Shown piece after piece: positions 1-11,809 of a DNA stretch of 64,000 nt (position 1 is its first letter; each line of letters starts with the position of its first letter). The stretch spans positions 12,402,001 through 12,466,000 of the forward strand of contig CM052816.1 in the NCBI GenBank assembly GCA_028534125.1, read 5' to 3'. A program made the translations under genes and the position numbers. This stretch comes from Lama glama (taxonomy: Eukaryota). Below the pieces are notes generated by a model, which worked only from the letters and a program-made list of their open reading frames with translations, ran no database searches and was not told the origin of the DNA.

Positions 1-742
1 ATGTTTCCGTGGCAAGTCTTTTCACATAGAGTGATGATTTATGAGCTGGCAGAATAAACAATGCCCTAATAATACAAACGCAGACACCTAGCACCATTTG
101 CTTTCCCATATTTATTTGCTAGATTTTACAAGTCAAGGCGGCCCTCATAATGATTTTGATAAAGAAACGTGATTCATACCTGGATGGCTGCAGAAAACAT
201 TTAAAATACAAAATTCATTTAGTACCGATTAGCCTTAGAACATTATTTATGTAATCTGTCACAACGGCAGATATTAGAGAGAACATTTTTCTCTTCCCTT
301 TGGAAAAGTTTATCAATCGCCCTTGTTCCTGACAAGCCCTTAGGAGAAGAACATTTATCAGGGTGTATTAGAAGACTCTAAAAATAAGAGCTGAAACTAG
401 TGTTTTAAAAGGAGAATACGGGCTGATTGCAAAAACTTGAGAAAAGCCTGTTTGGCCGCCAAGTCACTGCGGGCAACGGGAGAAGTCAAGTTTGCGAAGA
501 TTCACTGGGAGTGCTCTGGAGCAGAGGGAAGAACCTTTCTGGGGGGTTCTTAAAACTTGTAAAGTGCAGCCTTGAGGCAATTGCACAATACAGTGCTTAA
601 TACCCGGCTTCCAACAAGACGCGTGAAATGCATTCATAATTCGGCGCTTGTCAAATTTGCAAATTATCACAGAATTCGGTTACCCAGGAGTCAAACAAGT
701 AATAAAAATCTTGTATGAGGAATAATAAAATGTAGTACTTAC

Positions 743-878
743 ACAATACAGTGCTATCCATCTTGAAGACGGGGCAGGAAGCGCATTCCCCAGGGAGAGC
801 AGCCGTCCAGAAGGCCTGCGCCTCGGCCTCCGCTCCTCTCGGCAAACGCCTCAACTCCACCACGGCGTTTTTTCATTT
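743..878 (-). ncRNA. Putative exon 2 of the same transcript (alternative acceptor would start it at 914)
   Basis: Acceptor TTTTTCCAG| (AG 880-879), alternative CTTTGCTTTTAG| (AG 916-915); donor TGT|GTAAGT (GT 742-741). Confidence 0.4.
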
Positions 879-921
879 CTGGAAAAACCGTGTCCGAGTG
901 TGGCCTCCAGAAGCCTAAAAG

Positions 922-1030
922 CAAAGTTTCTCAATGCTGGCAGCGTATTAAAATTACCGGAGAAGCTTCAAAAGAGAAGTACTAAGCCGCACCCCCAAAC
1001 CAGCTAAATAACACCCTCAGGCGTTGCTGG
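922..1030 (+). mobile_element. Degraded MER5-like hAT-Charlie fragment
   Basis: caaagtttctcaatgctggcagcgtattaaaattaccggagaagcttc...cacccccaaa resembles the MER5A 5' half. Confidence 0.4.
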
Positions 1031-1129
1031 TTCCCAAACAGGACCCCCCCCAAACAGCAACGAGAGACCTAGAAAAGAGCAGGCGCCTCCACCGTGGGAG
1101 GCGACAGTCTAAGTAGCAAGGGGACTTAC

Positions 1130-1230
1130 TCCCGCGGCTTGTCCCGGGCACCGCAAGACGCCGACCTCCCCACGCGCCCGTCGCGGCCGGCGCCTCACAA
1201 GTTTATACGGAGACGCGTGACTGGAAAGAG
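1130..1230 (-). ncRNA. Putative exon 1 of an unidentified minus-strand transcript (no ATG)
   Basis: Runs from the TCT initiator to the donor GGA|GTAAGT (GT at 1129-1128). Confidence 0.45.
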
Positions 1231-1345
1231 GATTCCCTCCAGGTGGTTCCAGTTCCGCAGCTCTCGCGAGGCTGCCTCCCTGCAAAACGGCTCGGCCTGT
1301 GGGGGCGGTGGGCGGAGCTTGCAGCCTGAGGACAGGGATTGGCTG
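1223..1345 (-). promoter_or_regulatory. TCT (5'TOP)-type core promoter, predicted TSS ~1230/1228, transcribing leftward
   Basis: Minus strand TCCTCTTTCC (1232-1223) fits YC+1TYTYY. Upstream are TCTCGCGAG (1262-1270), GGGCGG at 1303-1308 and 1310-1315, and CCAAT (ATTGG 1338-1342, context AGCCAATC). No TATA box seen. Confidence 0.65.
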
Positions 1346-1836
1346 AGGAGCCTCCGCTCGCTGGGGTTAAGCTCAAGGGTCAGCCAGCGGTCACAGCCTC
1401 TCTAGGAACGCCCCAACATTTTATCCCTTATGACGACTGACTTTTATAATCTTACACGCCCCCCAGTTCCACAACGTACCCTGAGTGGTCAGCGAGCCGT
1501 TTTAGTAGCGTGGAGGTGGCTCGTTTGAGAGCTATGTGACTGCATTGCAGGCAGATTCCACAGCAGTATTATAGGCAAATGTAAGAGAAAACACAGATTA
1601 AAATATAATTCCCAAAATAAGTAACATTTTCCACTATGAGCCCAATGATTTGAACTATTTACTTGCTAAGTACCCTAGGCTGGGAGTATGATCACTTAAG
1701 GTAGTTACTTGGGTTCTCGTGTGGTTTTAATAAAGATGATACATTAGCAGACGCATCAAGTATAAAAGCGCATCACGCTGTTTGGATAATGGCACAGGTG
1801 CGTCCTTGTAAGGCAGCAATAATGTCTAAGGCCGTC

Positions 1837-2628
1837 TATGATATTGTGATTTATAATAAGAAATATATATATTTAGACTTCATTCCACTTTCTGGCACCA
1901 AGCTCCCAAAATTCTTGGCATTTGCTAAGTGATGGGGGGGGGGCAGGTTTCATTCCCCCTGCACCTTAACCTCCAGGGAGGAAAAAAGGCGGGGAGGGTT
2001 GGAAGTTGATTCAATCACGAACAGCTGATGATTTCATCAATCATGCCTGTGCAATGAAAACTCCATAAAAGCCAAAAAAGGGGGCGGGGGTGGCGGTTTG
2101 GAGAGGTTAGTGAACAGGTGGAGATTTGGGGAGAGTGATAGACCTGGAGAGGGCATGGAAGCTCCGTGCCTTTCCCACATACCTTGCCCTATGCATCTCT
2201 TCCATCTTACTATTTCTGGGTTACAACCTTTTATAACAAACTGGTAAACCTCAAAAGTAAAATGTTTTTCTGAGTTCTGTGAGCTGCTCTAGCAAATTAA
2301 TCAAACCTAAGGAGGGGGTCTGGGGAAACTCTGATCTACAACCAGTGGCCGGAAGCACGGTAACAACCTGCACCTGCAAATCGCAGCTGAAGTCCAAGGA
2401 GGAGGTTCCTAACCTCCAATCTGTAAGCTGCAAGCGCAAGGCTGGGCTTCTGATTGGCGTCCAAAGTCTGACGTAGGAATGGGGGATGGGAGAGTAGCCA
2501 TCTTACAAGACTAAACCCTTAACCTGGAGAATCATGCTATCTCTGGGCAGATGGGAACAGAACTGAGACGAATTGTAGGATACCTGGCTGGTGTTTATTG
2601 GTGTTAGAAACCCCCTTCTCGTGTCAGA
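1837..2628 (+). mobile_element. MER21-family solo LTR (ERVL)
   Basis: Start tgatattgtgatttataataagaaatatata, plus internal cctggagagggcatggaagctcc, cttgccctatgcatctcttccatct and tgagttctgtgagctgctctagcaaattaatcaaacc, all typical of MER21. Confidence 0.8.
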
Positions 2629-3419
2629 CTGTCCAGTTTTGAAGGACAGCTTTTCTTATTAGAGACATTTCAGTGTTCAGTAAAGATAGGTTTGCTGGCT
2701 ATCATTTAAGGCTTGCTGGATGAATTCAGTAAAAGATTCTATGTGTGCTATAATGACCTGCAGGCCAATGGAGGGGACAAAGACAGCGGACAAATCACTC
2801 ATACCTGTGGAAAACAGAAGGTGCCCACCTAGCCTTGAAGAGAGGAAGATTAGCAATTTTTGTTATGGTGGGTGGATTCTCCCCTGTGCCCAGGGAAACC
2901 TAGGGCACACCTCTTTGACCACCCAGGTAGAAGCCAGGGCCAAAGATTTGTGCCAAACCACCACTAGGTTCCATTCAGGGTGACCCAATAAATACCTGGG
3001 TGGCACAACTAGTCAGTGCCAAACCAGTCACTGTCCTTTAATGACCACACTGTTTCAGTGATATCCATCATCCCATATCCCTGGTGCAGTTGGGTTGATT
3101 CTGTTTAGAGTGATTTTTCTGTTCCCAATGTAGGAGTGCTGGATACTCAATTGTCCATAACCTAGGGTAAGCCTTATGAACCCATCCCAGATCTGAGTGT
3201 AGCTACTTGTGGCTCTAAATGTGGTATTTTTAGGACCCTTCTGGTCAGCAGTTTGATGGCTTTTCCACATTGTTTGACCGAAAAACAATACCCATGCCTA
3301 GTGTTACTGATAGTGTGTGCCACAGGCCAGGTTTTTGGGTAATATCAGAAGAATATAGAGTACTATTCTTAGGTTTTTCTTCCTTAAGGTACTGCTTTAG
3401 GTTCTTTCAGTCTTCCCTC

Positions 3420-3762
3420 TGGAGTGGTGATGTCCACCATGGCAATCCTCAAGCACTGGGAAGTTTTAAAAATCCAAATACTCAGGCCACAGTCAGTACC
3501 AATTACATCACAATCTGTAGGGGTAAACCTAAGCATCAGTATTTTGTAAAGCTCTCCAAAGATCCTCATGTACAGCCACGTTAGTGGACCAGTGGTCTAG
3601 ACCACTGCATCTCAAACTTCAACGTGCACATGGACAATCCAAGGATCCTATTAATATATAGACTCTTATTTAGTACATGGTACCTGATACTCTGCACACT
3701 TCCAGCAATCTCCCAGGTGATGCTTCCACTGCTCCTCTGTGGGCTGCATTTTGGGTAGCAAG
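3420..3762. mobile_element. Two adjacent MER5A/MER5B-like hAT-Charlie elements
   Basis: gcatcagtattttgtaaagctctcc...gaccagtg followed by tctcaaacttcaacgtgcaca...ctcccaggtgatgct...gggtagcaag. Confidence 0.55.
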
Positions 3763-4689
3763 AGAGGTCCTAGAGGAGCAAATGTGAACTTCTTACATGG
3801 CCATTTAAAGCTCTCTGTAGCCATCAGGGGAAAAAATGCACGTTTGGGCTAGAGAACTACAAATTCCTATCTGATGAGCTATCTAAGACTCATAAGCTCT
3901 TGTTGGGTACATTTCCATGTACTTTTCTACATGCTTCCTCTGAGAAGATACTGGAAATGGGCAAATGAAGGATGAGTATTACAAGAGCAATTTGAAACCA
4001 TCATTGGGTGTCCAGTCATACATCCTGCCTGGATCCACCCACTGCCCAGAGAGAAACAGCAAAATGGTACCAAAATGCAGAAGCTGTGGGCAATCCAGTC
4101 TTGAGATTTGAGCCCCAAGGGCCACAGATGATAGGAACCACTCTGCAAATCTCCCATTGTAAATGGCCTGAGGGTCTGACTGAGATTAGAAGCTGTCCCA
4201 ACTCATGTACTGCAGTAACAGCAGAACTGGGTGTCAGAAAATCCATAAGCACACAACCATGGCAGGAAGTAGCTGGGACCACCCAGGTCTTCAATACCCT
4301 TAATAGATGTTTCTTATAGTTGACCCCCTCTTTTGATTTGCACAGTAACCATCCTTGTCCAGACTTCCTTTTTTTTTTCATAATCCTTAGATTAGTACAT
4401 CAATTTCCTAACTAACCTCCCCATTCCACTCTCTTTTCTACTGCATGTCGTCCCTCAAATCGCTATGCAAGTAATGTTACTAGAAGACAGCTCTCATCAT
4501 CATGTCATGTTGAAAAGTCATCAATGGTCCCATTGCCAATAAAGTAACCATTATTGGATGACTCCAGTGGGGGACCTCTGAGGAACCCACAAGCATGTTC
4601 CAAAAGAAAAGTCCATGACTAAGCTTCCAGTGCAGAGAGGATTCAATGTTGGATTAAAACCATGCCAGCTACTAAGAGGCCTAGAATCT

Positions 4690-5785
4690 GTGAAGCCCCA
4701 GGAGCAATAAGCACACTGAGCACCCAGACTCTGGCCTCTAATACTATTCTCCAGTAAAGTAAGTCAGGGCTCCTGAGAAATGGCTAATTCTCAGACCAGG
4801 GCAGGGAGAACACAAGATGAGCCTACAGCATCTCTTAGCATCTCTTAGTGTGTGAAAATAAAGAAGTACTCAAAAACCAAAAGGATGGGGGCGTATCAGC
4901 GGGATACGAGAGCCAATTTGAAAAAGGTGTCAATGGCCAATTGAGCAGCAAAATAATGGACACAGTATTCCATTACAAAACAACGTATAAAATAAACACA
5001 CTTGAGTCCATGCTGATACAAATGAATAAATGGATGGATAGACAGATGGGCAGATAACAGTGGAGAAGGACAAATCTTCCTTACAGATGAGTTCCAAATT
5101 ATTTATGCATATATACCAGGAAGTGAAGCTTATCACCACCTCTTTGAATGTGCCTGGCTTTAGTGACATGCTTTTGAAGAATATTCTACAGGATCGAGGG
5201 GGAACTAACTTTACAACACAGAACCTGGTGAACGTTACCTTGGCCACGGAATCAAGATGGACATCTCTAGGAATAAGTCATGTTCATAGCCCACACCCTG
5301 AGAAGGCTTAATGAGAAGGGCACTTCATCTCTGAGGTCTTCTAAAAAACTCACAACTTCAGTCTAATCAAGAGCAAAATATCTGACAAACCCAAACTGAG
5401 GGACACTGTACAAAATACCTGACCAGTGCTCTTTGTAACTGTGAAGGTCGTTAATAACAAAGAGTGACTAAGGAACTGTCACAGACCAGAGGAGACTAAG
5501 GATACAGGACAACTAAATGAATGTGGTGTCTTCATGGGAACCTAGAACAGAAAACCTTATGGGAAAACATGTGAAACGTGAATCAAGTGTGGAGTTTGGT
5601 TAAGAGCAATGCAACCATAAATTGGTTTCTTAGTTGTGTATAAATGTTCTCTGTGGAAATATAAGATGTTAACATTAGGGAAAACTGGCCGAGGGGTATA
5701 TGAGAAAGTTCTGTATCATCTTTGCAACTTTTCTTTAAATCTAAATTAACTATTTTAAAATCAAAATGTTATATACTAAAAAAAA
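4690..5785 (+). mobile_element. Old L1 3' end (L1MC/L1MD class)
   Basis: agtctaatcaagagcaaaatatctgacaaacccaaactgagggacactgtacaaaatacctgaccagtgctc and tctttgcaactttttctttaaatctaaa, ending in an A-rich tail. Confidence 0.75.
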
Positions 5786-7074
5786 TACCAGCAGTGTAAA
5801 AAATCACACGCTTCCCTTTAATTAGCCTCCTCCCCTCCTTGACTCTGACCCTGAAGCAGCTAATAAATGTAAAAGGAGACAGAACCACAGGAGAACAAGT
5901 TTCACAGCTAATTTACAGCGATACAGAGCCTGGCACAGAGAAGTTACTCAAATTTGTATTAAAAAAAAAAAACAGAATTAAAGATCATGCAAAGAGTTGT
6001 GGAAGGAGGGTTTGTTTAGAGATGGAATAGACAGTCTTAAACTGATGTCACTGAGAAGATGAGATAGACAAAAAAAAAAAAAAAGGAAGAAAGTACCACA
6101 GAGAGGAAGTGAATTGTGCGATCAGATCTCTGTAAGAATTGAGAGACATTTATTCCAACTGGAGGGTTCAGAGCCATTATTTTAATTCAGTCTCACAAGA
6201 TGTATTTCCATTTCATAGTTGAGGAGACTCAGACACAGGGAGGTTAAGTGCTTGACTTGAGGCCTCCCTGTGTCCTTGAAGAAAGATGTTAGCAGACTGC
6301 GATGAAGGAGAATTTGTCCTAGGGCCATAACTCACCTCTGGAACGTAAATGACATAAAACCTCCCATCTCTAGCACCTCGGGATTTGTTAATTAGCAAGT
6401 GTGGAAACTGCCAGATTGTGTCGCTCTAAATGACAACGGGCAGGATCTATGAGTTACACCAGCGAGGCGTGTTAAGCCAATTCAGGCTTTTGAAGTTTGG
6501 GAATTCTCAAAGAAATTGTATAAATGTAAACAGGGTTACCTAGCAAAACAATCTGAACACGCAGGTTTACATTCATCTGCTGAGCCAAAATTCCTAAACT
6601 TCTCTAGATCACAAGTCAAACTCAAGCGTTAATGTTACTGTCTTCTTTCCCACCAGGTGTCCCACTGATGGGCTGTTGGGATTTCTGATGAGTGTGATCC
6701 ACCCCTTTGGGAGGAGGTAGAGGGAAGTGCATGGGTGGAAAGGAAGCTCCCTCTGACACCATGACTGTCAATCCTGGAGCCCTGCTGCTCCCCAAACCAG
6801 CGCCGGATCTCCACGCTGTCCCTGTGCCTCTCCAGAAGGCACATCATGGGCCAAGGACTTGTAAAGATGATGCCAAAAAAAAAAAAAGAAAGAAAGAAAA
6901 AAAAAAGAGCTCATGCAGTTGTGGTCACCAGGCTTGAAAACATTTCAGATTAGTTGGCACTGTCTGCTCTGCCTTGAGTCGTCTTCTCCTCTGAGTTAAA
7001 GTGTCGCCCTCTTTATTGTTGTAATACTGGTCTAGAATCTCTCACCATCACCGCCATCATCATCAATCATTGCA

Positions 7075-7275
7075 ATCTTTTACTGCGCTTTTGCTCTGCG
7101 TGAGGGGCTATACTAGGCAGTCGATGTGCATTAGCTCCTCCCGTCTTTAAAAAATGTCCTATAGAGGAAGTACATCATTATTAACCCCATTTTTACAGAA
7201 GGAGGAAACAAGACTGCCACCCAGATGTGATAGGACCCTGATTCAAATCCAGATTCGGAGCCTTTGCTCCAACTA
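7075..7275 (-). mobile_element. MIR SINE
   Basis: ccccattttacagaaggaggaaac core and flanks. Confidence 0.65.
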
Positions 7276-7384
7276 CGCGGTTAATGTGACTTCAGAGTTG
7301 AGGGGAAGTTTTGTATTTCAGTCCCCTGCCTGCATTAGGTTAGATTAAATGAGATTCCCTCTCAGGGTCTTTCTGACTTTGACA

Positions 7385-7516
7385 ATGGAATGTAAGTTTC
7401 ACGAGGGCGGACTTTTGTTTTCTTTATTTTCCTTTTCTTTTTCACTGCTGTGTCCCCCGTGCTGGACAAACTCCTGGCACAGAACGGGCACTCAAAAACT
7501 CTTTATTGAGTGAATC
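7385..7516 (+). mobile_element. L2 3' end
   Basis: gtaagtttcacgagggc...ttcactgctgtgtcccc...cctggcacaga...tgagtgaat. Confidence 0.7.
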
Positions 7517-9498
7517 ATTAACAACACTCTGCGGAGGCAGTAGAATATATTAGAAAATCTTGAAGCTTACAGTCATGTAAACTTGTATACTTACCAAGTA
7601 AATTAATTTTAGGCAGATTGTAAGATGCCTCTGACCCAAGAAGATAAACATAGCAATTCTTTCCTTAAAGGCAACTCCTGAGGACTAATGAGAAAACCTA
7701 CACAAAACCCCACAGAGTTGGCACACTGTGAGATTTTACTATTGTGACCTGCTAACAGAAGTTTCATTTCCTTACATGTTTCTTCTCTGTCTTCTGACTA
7801 GTTTTCTCTTTAGACATCATGTAAAGAAATTCAGATTAGCCTCTTGGTAAATCTGGCTTCCTCATTCGTTGGTCAAACCCCATCTGGGAATGTTCTAGAG
7901 ACACTTTTGGATTCTGGTTTCGTAAATAAAAATAACCTCGCCAGAATCATCAGTGGAATCTGTCCGAAGGCAGACGATAAGCCAGCATGATGACTCTGAT
8001 CAGCGGAGAGCAGAGACGGGTTGGCTTGCATTTTCGGCAAGAGCGGACGAGTGCATTCACGAGAAACAGAAGTTATTGGTTTGGAGGAAAGAGATAGTGC
8101 AACAAAAGAGGCTATAATGGTTGACGACATGTTTCCACTGTAAAGGACCTCAGAGAGTTGGCGTCTCTTTTTTTTAATTCCTCGAAAATGAAGCAGCATG
8201 TGCTAATTGGAGTTCTCAGTAGAAATGTGAGTGTGTATATATGTTCCAATCCAAGCTTTTTGCAAATGAAGAAAAACAGTTTCTGCACAGATCACAAGAC
8301 CATCGTTCTCCACGGAGGGGGAAAAGAAAGCTAAGGTTTCCACAAAGATCTTTTGTATTCCCAAGCACATCCAAAACTCTTTGTCTTCTTCTGCTCCAAG
8401 AATTTTCTGTGTTCTCGGCAGCGGCCCAGTAAACCTGGAAACCAATTTCCCTGTGGTCAGGAGCTGGCACTAAAGTTGATCAGTATAATCCAGGCTGCAC
8501 ATCACTGGGCAGTTTGTCGACTCCCAACAGATGTTGCAAAAGGCAGTCCAGATTTGCCAGCCTTTTCCTGGCAGCTTTCCTGCTTTCTCTTCCGAGGTCT
8601 GATGTTTCCTTGCAGTACACAGTGTCTGTCTGAAGAGCAGATGTGTTAGAGAGGGATATTTTTCTAAGCTAATTCTCCACCACTGTTTGCTGATTAAATC
8701 CCAGAATGTTCTCTGTATAGGCTTCTCGCAAAGAGGAGGGAACAGAACTTATTCAAAGCCGACTATCATGCATCTGCTTTCCATGGGAAGAAATAATAAA
8801 AGCATTTTATTTCACACTGAAATTTGTTCAGTTATGATGTGCAAGAAAGGACACAAAATGTGATTTACCTATGGCTGAAAATCTGAAATTGATCTGAGCT
8901 ACCTTTAAGGTGATTTCAATTGCCTGTAAAACACACTAGATAGTCTATGTACAAAAAAAAGGGCAGATGACACGACTTTGTCCAAATTCTGTCTGTTCTT
9001 TATTTGTGTTGCCTTCTGATCTCTTTGCTAATATTCTAGCTCCAGAAATGCCAATATATAATTTCTCTGCAAAGCATACAGTAGAGAATATTTTCCATAG
9101 ATGTTTTCCCACTTAGCACTCAGAAGCATTTTCATGGACACAACACAAACCTCAGAAGAAATCAAGAAGTGTCTTGACCATTGCACTGACTAGCGTGTGT
9201 CATTTCAGTTGTAATGAGCAAAGGTTATTATCAGTTATCACGATGGAGGGGGGGTTTACTGCAAGGATAGGCACAGACTGGAGCAGAAGAACGGGCGGCT
9301 CCAAATCCAAGCCAGCTTGAAGCGCTGCCTCCTTCTGCCTCCTCGTCTGGGGCTTCCCAGCTTCTACCTCATGGTAACTCTCCTTCTCTTTGCATAACGC
9401 TTCATCTTCTCCCTCCAGTGGATTCTTCCTCTGTTCTCCACCCTGGAGCCAAATTGTAAGTGGATTTATCTTATGCATAATTATCTCTCAGTGCTTCC

Positions 9499-9518
9499 CA
9501 CACACACACACACACACA
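9499..9518. repeat. (CA)n microsatellite
   Basis: Seen directly. Confidence 0.9.
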
Positions 9519-9994
9519 GAAGTGAGCAAGAGTGTCCTCAAACTGCTGTTCTCTTTGTCACGTTCAGTTTCCAGGTGCCTCCTGTACCATGATCATCTCA
9601 CGGCACCAAGTGTAAATCTAGTATTTAGAGACACATATTTTCAGTAAAATATGGCAAGCCAACTGCTTCATCTGGTGCTCTACTGAAGAAGCAATAATCT
9701 GTTCCAAAACTATAGAAAACTCATGTTATGTTGAGCTTACCAAGAAACAGTATGCTGGTCCAAAGTGGCACCTTTGTAAGGGATTTCAAGGGTGAATCTG
9801 ACTGCCTGTAACACCAGCTGCCTTTAGGGACCATGCTTTAATCTATGACTGCACTGTACGTCTTTCATGTGTTCTTGTAACTCTGGGCCCTGATGTACTC
9901 CCACATATATTTATGCCTTCCATACAACATCTCAGCCTCATCGTTCTCATTTTCCAAATTCTGAAGGAGAATCTGATTGGCTTGCCTCATCTTT

Positions 9995-10845
9995 ATATAG
10001 TTGGTTTATAATGGTGTGTTAATTTCTACTATATAGCAGAGTAATTCAGTTATAAATATACATTTATATATATTCCTTTTTATATTCCTCTTCCTTATAA
10101 GCTATTATAAGATATTGAATATATTTCCCTGTGCTATACAGTAGGACTTTATTGTTTATCTATTTTTTATATAGTAGTTAGTATCTGCAAATCCTGAACT
10201 CTCAATTTATCCCTCCACCCCCCATCCTCCCCTGGTAACCCTAAGTTTGTTTTCTATGTCTGTGAGTCTGTTTCTGTTTTGTACATAAGTTCATTTGTGT
10301 CATTTGTTTTAGATTCCACATGTAAGTGATATCATATAATTATCAGAAAAATGCAAATCAAAACTACAATGAGGTATCACCTCACACCAGTCAGAATGGT
10401 CATCATTCAAAAGTCCACAAACAATAAAGAGAGTGTGGAGAAAAGGGAACCCTCCTATACTGTTGGTGGGAATGTAGTTTGGCGCAGCCGTTAGGGAAAA
10501 CAGTATGGAGGTTCCTTTAAAAACTAAAAATTGACTTACCTTAGACATACCAGCAATCTCATTCCTGGGCTATATCCAGAGGGAACTAATTCGAAAAGAT
10601 ACGAACACCCCAATGTTCATAGCAGCACTATTTACAATAGCCAAGATGTGGAAGCAACCTAAATGTCCATCAACAGATGATTGGATAAAGAAGATGTGGT
10701 ATGTATAGAATTACATATATGTGTGTGGAATACTACTCAGCCATAAAGAAGAATAAAATAATGCCATTTGCAGCAACATGGATGGACCTGGAGATTGTCA
10801 TACTAAGAGAAGTAAGCCAGAAAGAGAAAGAAAAATACCATATGG
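9995..10845 (-). mobile_element. Relatively young L1 3' end with 5' inversion (twin priming) and 17-bp TSD
   Basis: 9995-10337 is antisense L1 3'UTR; 10338-10845 is sense ORF2 end (atgcaaatcaaaactacaatgaggtatcacctcacacc). TSD tggctt(g/a)cctcatcttt at 9978-9994 and 10843-10859. Confidence 0.9.
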
Positions 10846-11189
10846 CTTACCTCATCTTTTATTTCATAAAATCAATCAAATTTTACTGACTAGCATCAAA
10901 TTTGCTTGTCCACAGATCACATGTTCATCCGTCTCCAGCCCAATCTCCTGGGATGTGAGGAAAGCATCATGGATAAGGCTGCCTAATACCACAAACTGTA
11001 GACAGGACAGCTTTCTATAAAACCCTGTGTGAAAGGTGCATGTGATATCATCATCCAAATATTTCATTTTTTAGAAGTTTCTAGAAAAAACCCTAAAAAA
11101 GCAGCAAGAAGTAAGAACCTCAAGGAAATAGTAAAATGGTCTTTATATTTAAAAACAAATTAATTTTTGAAATAACTACTTAATTAGCA

Positions 11190-11790
11190 AGCCAATACTA
11201 GCTGCCACTAGGGATATAGGATGTATTAGACATAGAACATGCCCACAAGGATTTTCTTTTTTCTTTTATCTTCTTTTCTTTCCTTTCCCTTGTCAGAATT
11301 TTCAGAGAATGATGAAGCATGTATTAGAGATCAGCTCTAATACAAGTTAGAACCTGATGACTGTGCAAACAGAGAGGGATATGGATTAGATATTTGGGAA
11401 ATTGGGACTATCGCGTTATAATTTCTAGCTGGGTATCATTGTGAAGGAATTAGTAATCGAGCTTGAAGGTAAGTAAGAATCATACTAGAAAAGGGGGAGG
11501 AGAAGGAAGAGATTCCAGGCTAAGGCAGTGCTGGGAACAGCTGATCCTGGAGCACTGAGTAAGTGAAAGAGAAATGGGTGAAATAAGTTCACAGTGATAA
11601 TATCTGAAATTTTGAAAGTCGGAAGAGGCAAGGTTTTAGACTTTATCCAAAAGTCCAAGGGAACCCAGAACCAGGAAGTGGTGGGATCAGAACCATGCTC
11701 CATGGTGATAAATCTGGGTGAAATGAGAAAGACAGATTTGAGAGGGCAGAGAGTAGAGATGGGAAAACAAGTTAAGAACTTATTATAATT
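11190..11790 (-). mobile_element. L2 fragment
   Basis: Purine-rich antisense L2 pattern (gagattccaggc, ttagactttatcc, gacagatttgagagggcagagagtagagatggg). Confidence 0.5.
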
Positions 11791-11809
11791 CTACTCCTAA
11801 GTAACGTAT

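Larger units (their letters stand above)
760..1420. promoter_or_regulatory. CpG island
   Basis: Dense unmutated CpG and high GC (e.g. cacgcgcccgtcgcggccggcgcc at ~1171-1194) in an otherwise CpG-depleted window. Confidence 0.85.

Noticed and set aside
1..1129. Canonical box C/D snoRNA in the candidate introns
   Set aside because: No minus-strand RTGATGA box C found. The plus-strand GTGATGA at 31-37 lacks a nearby CTGA and terminal stem.
1094..1405. 103-aa plus-strand ORF in the CpG island
   Set aside because: GTG start, stop-poor because of high GC, no recognisable homology; promoter motifs point the other way.
10309..10889. ORFs with L1-like peptides (also at 56861-57589)
   Set aside because: Broken L1 ORF2 remnants or their antisense, not host genes.
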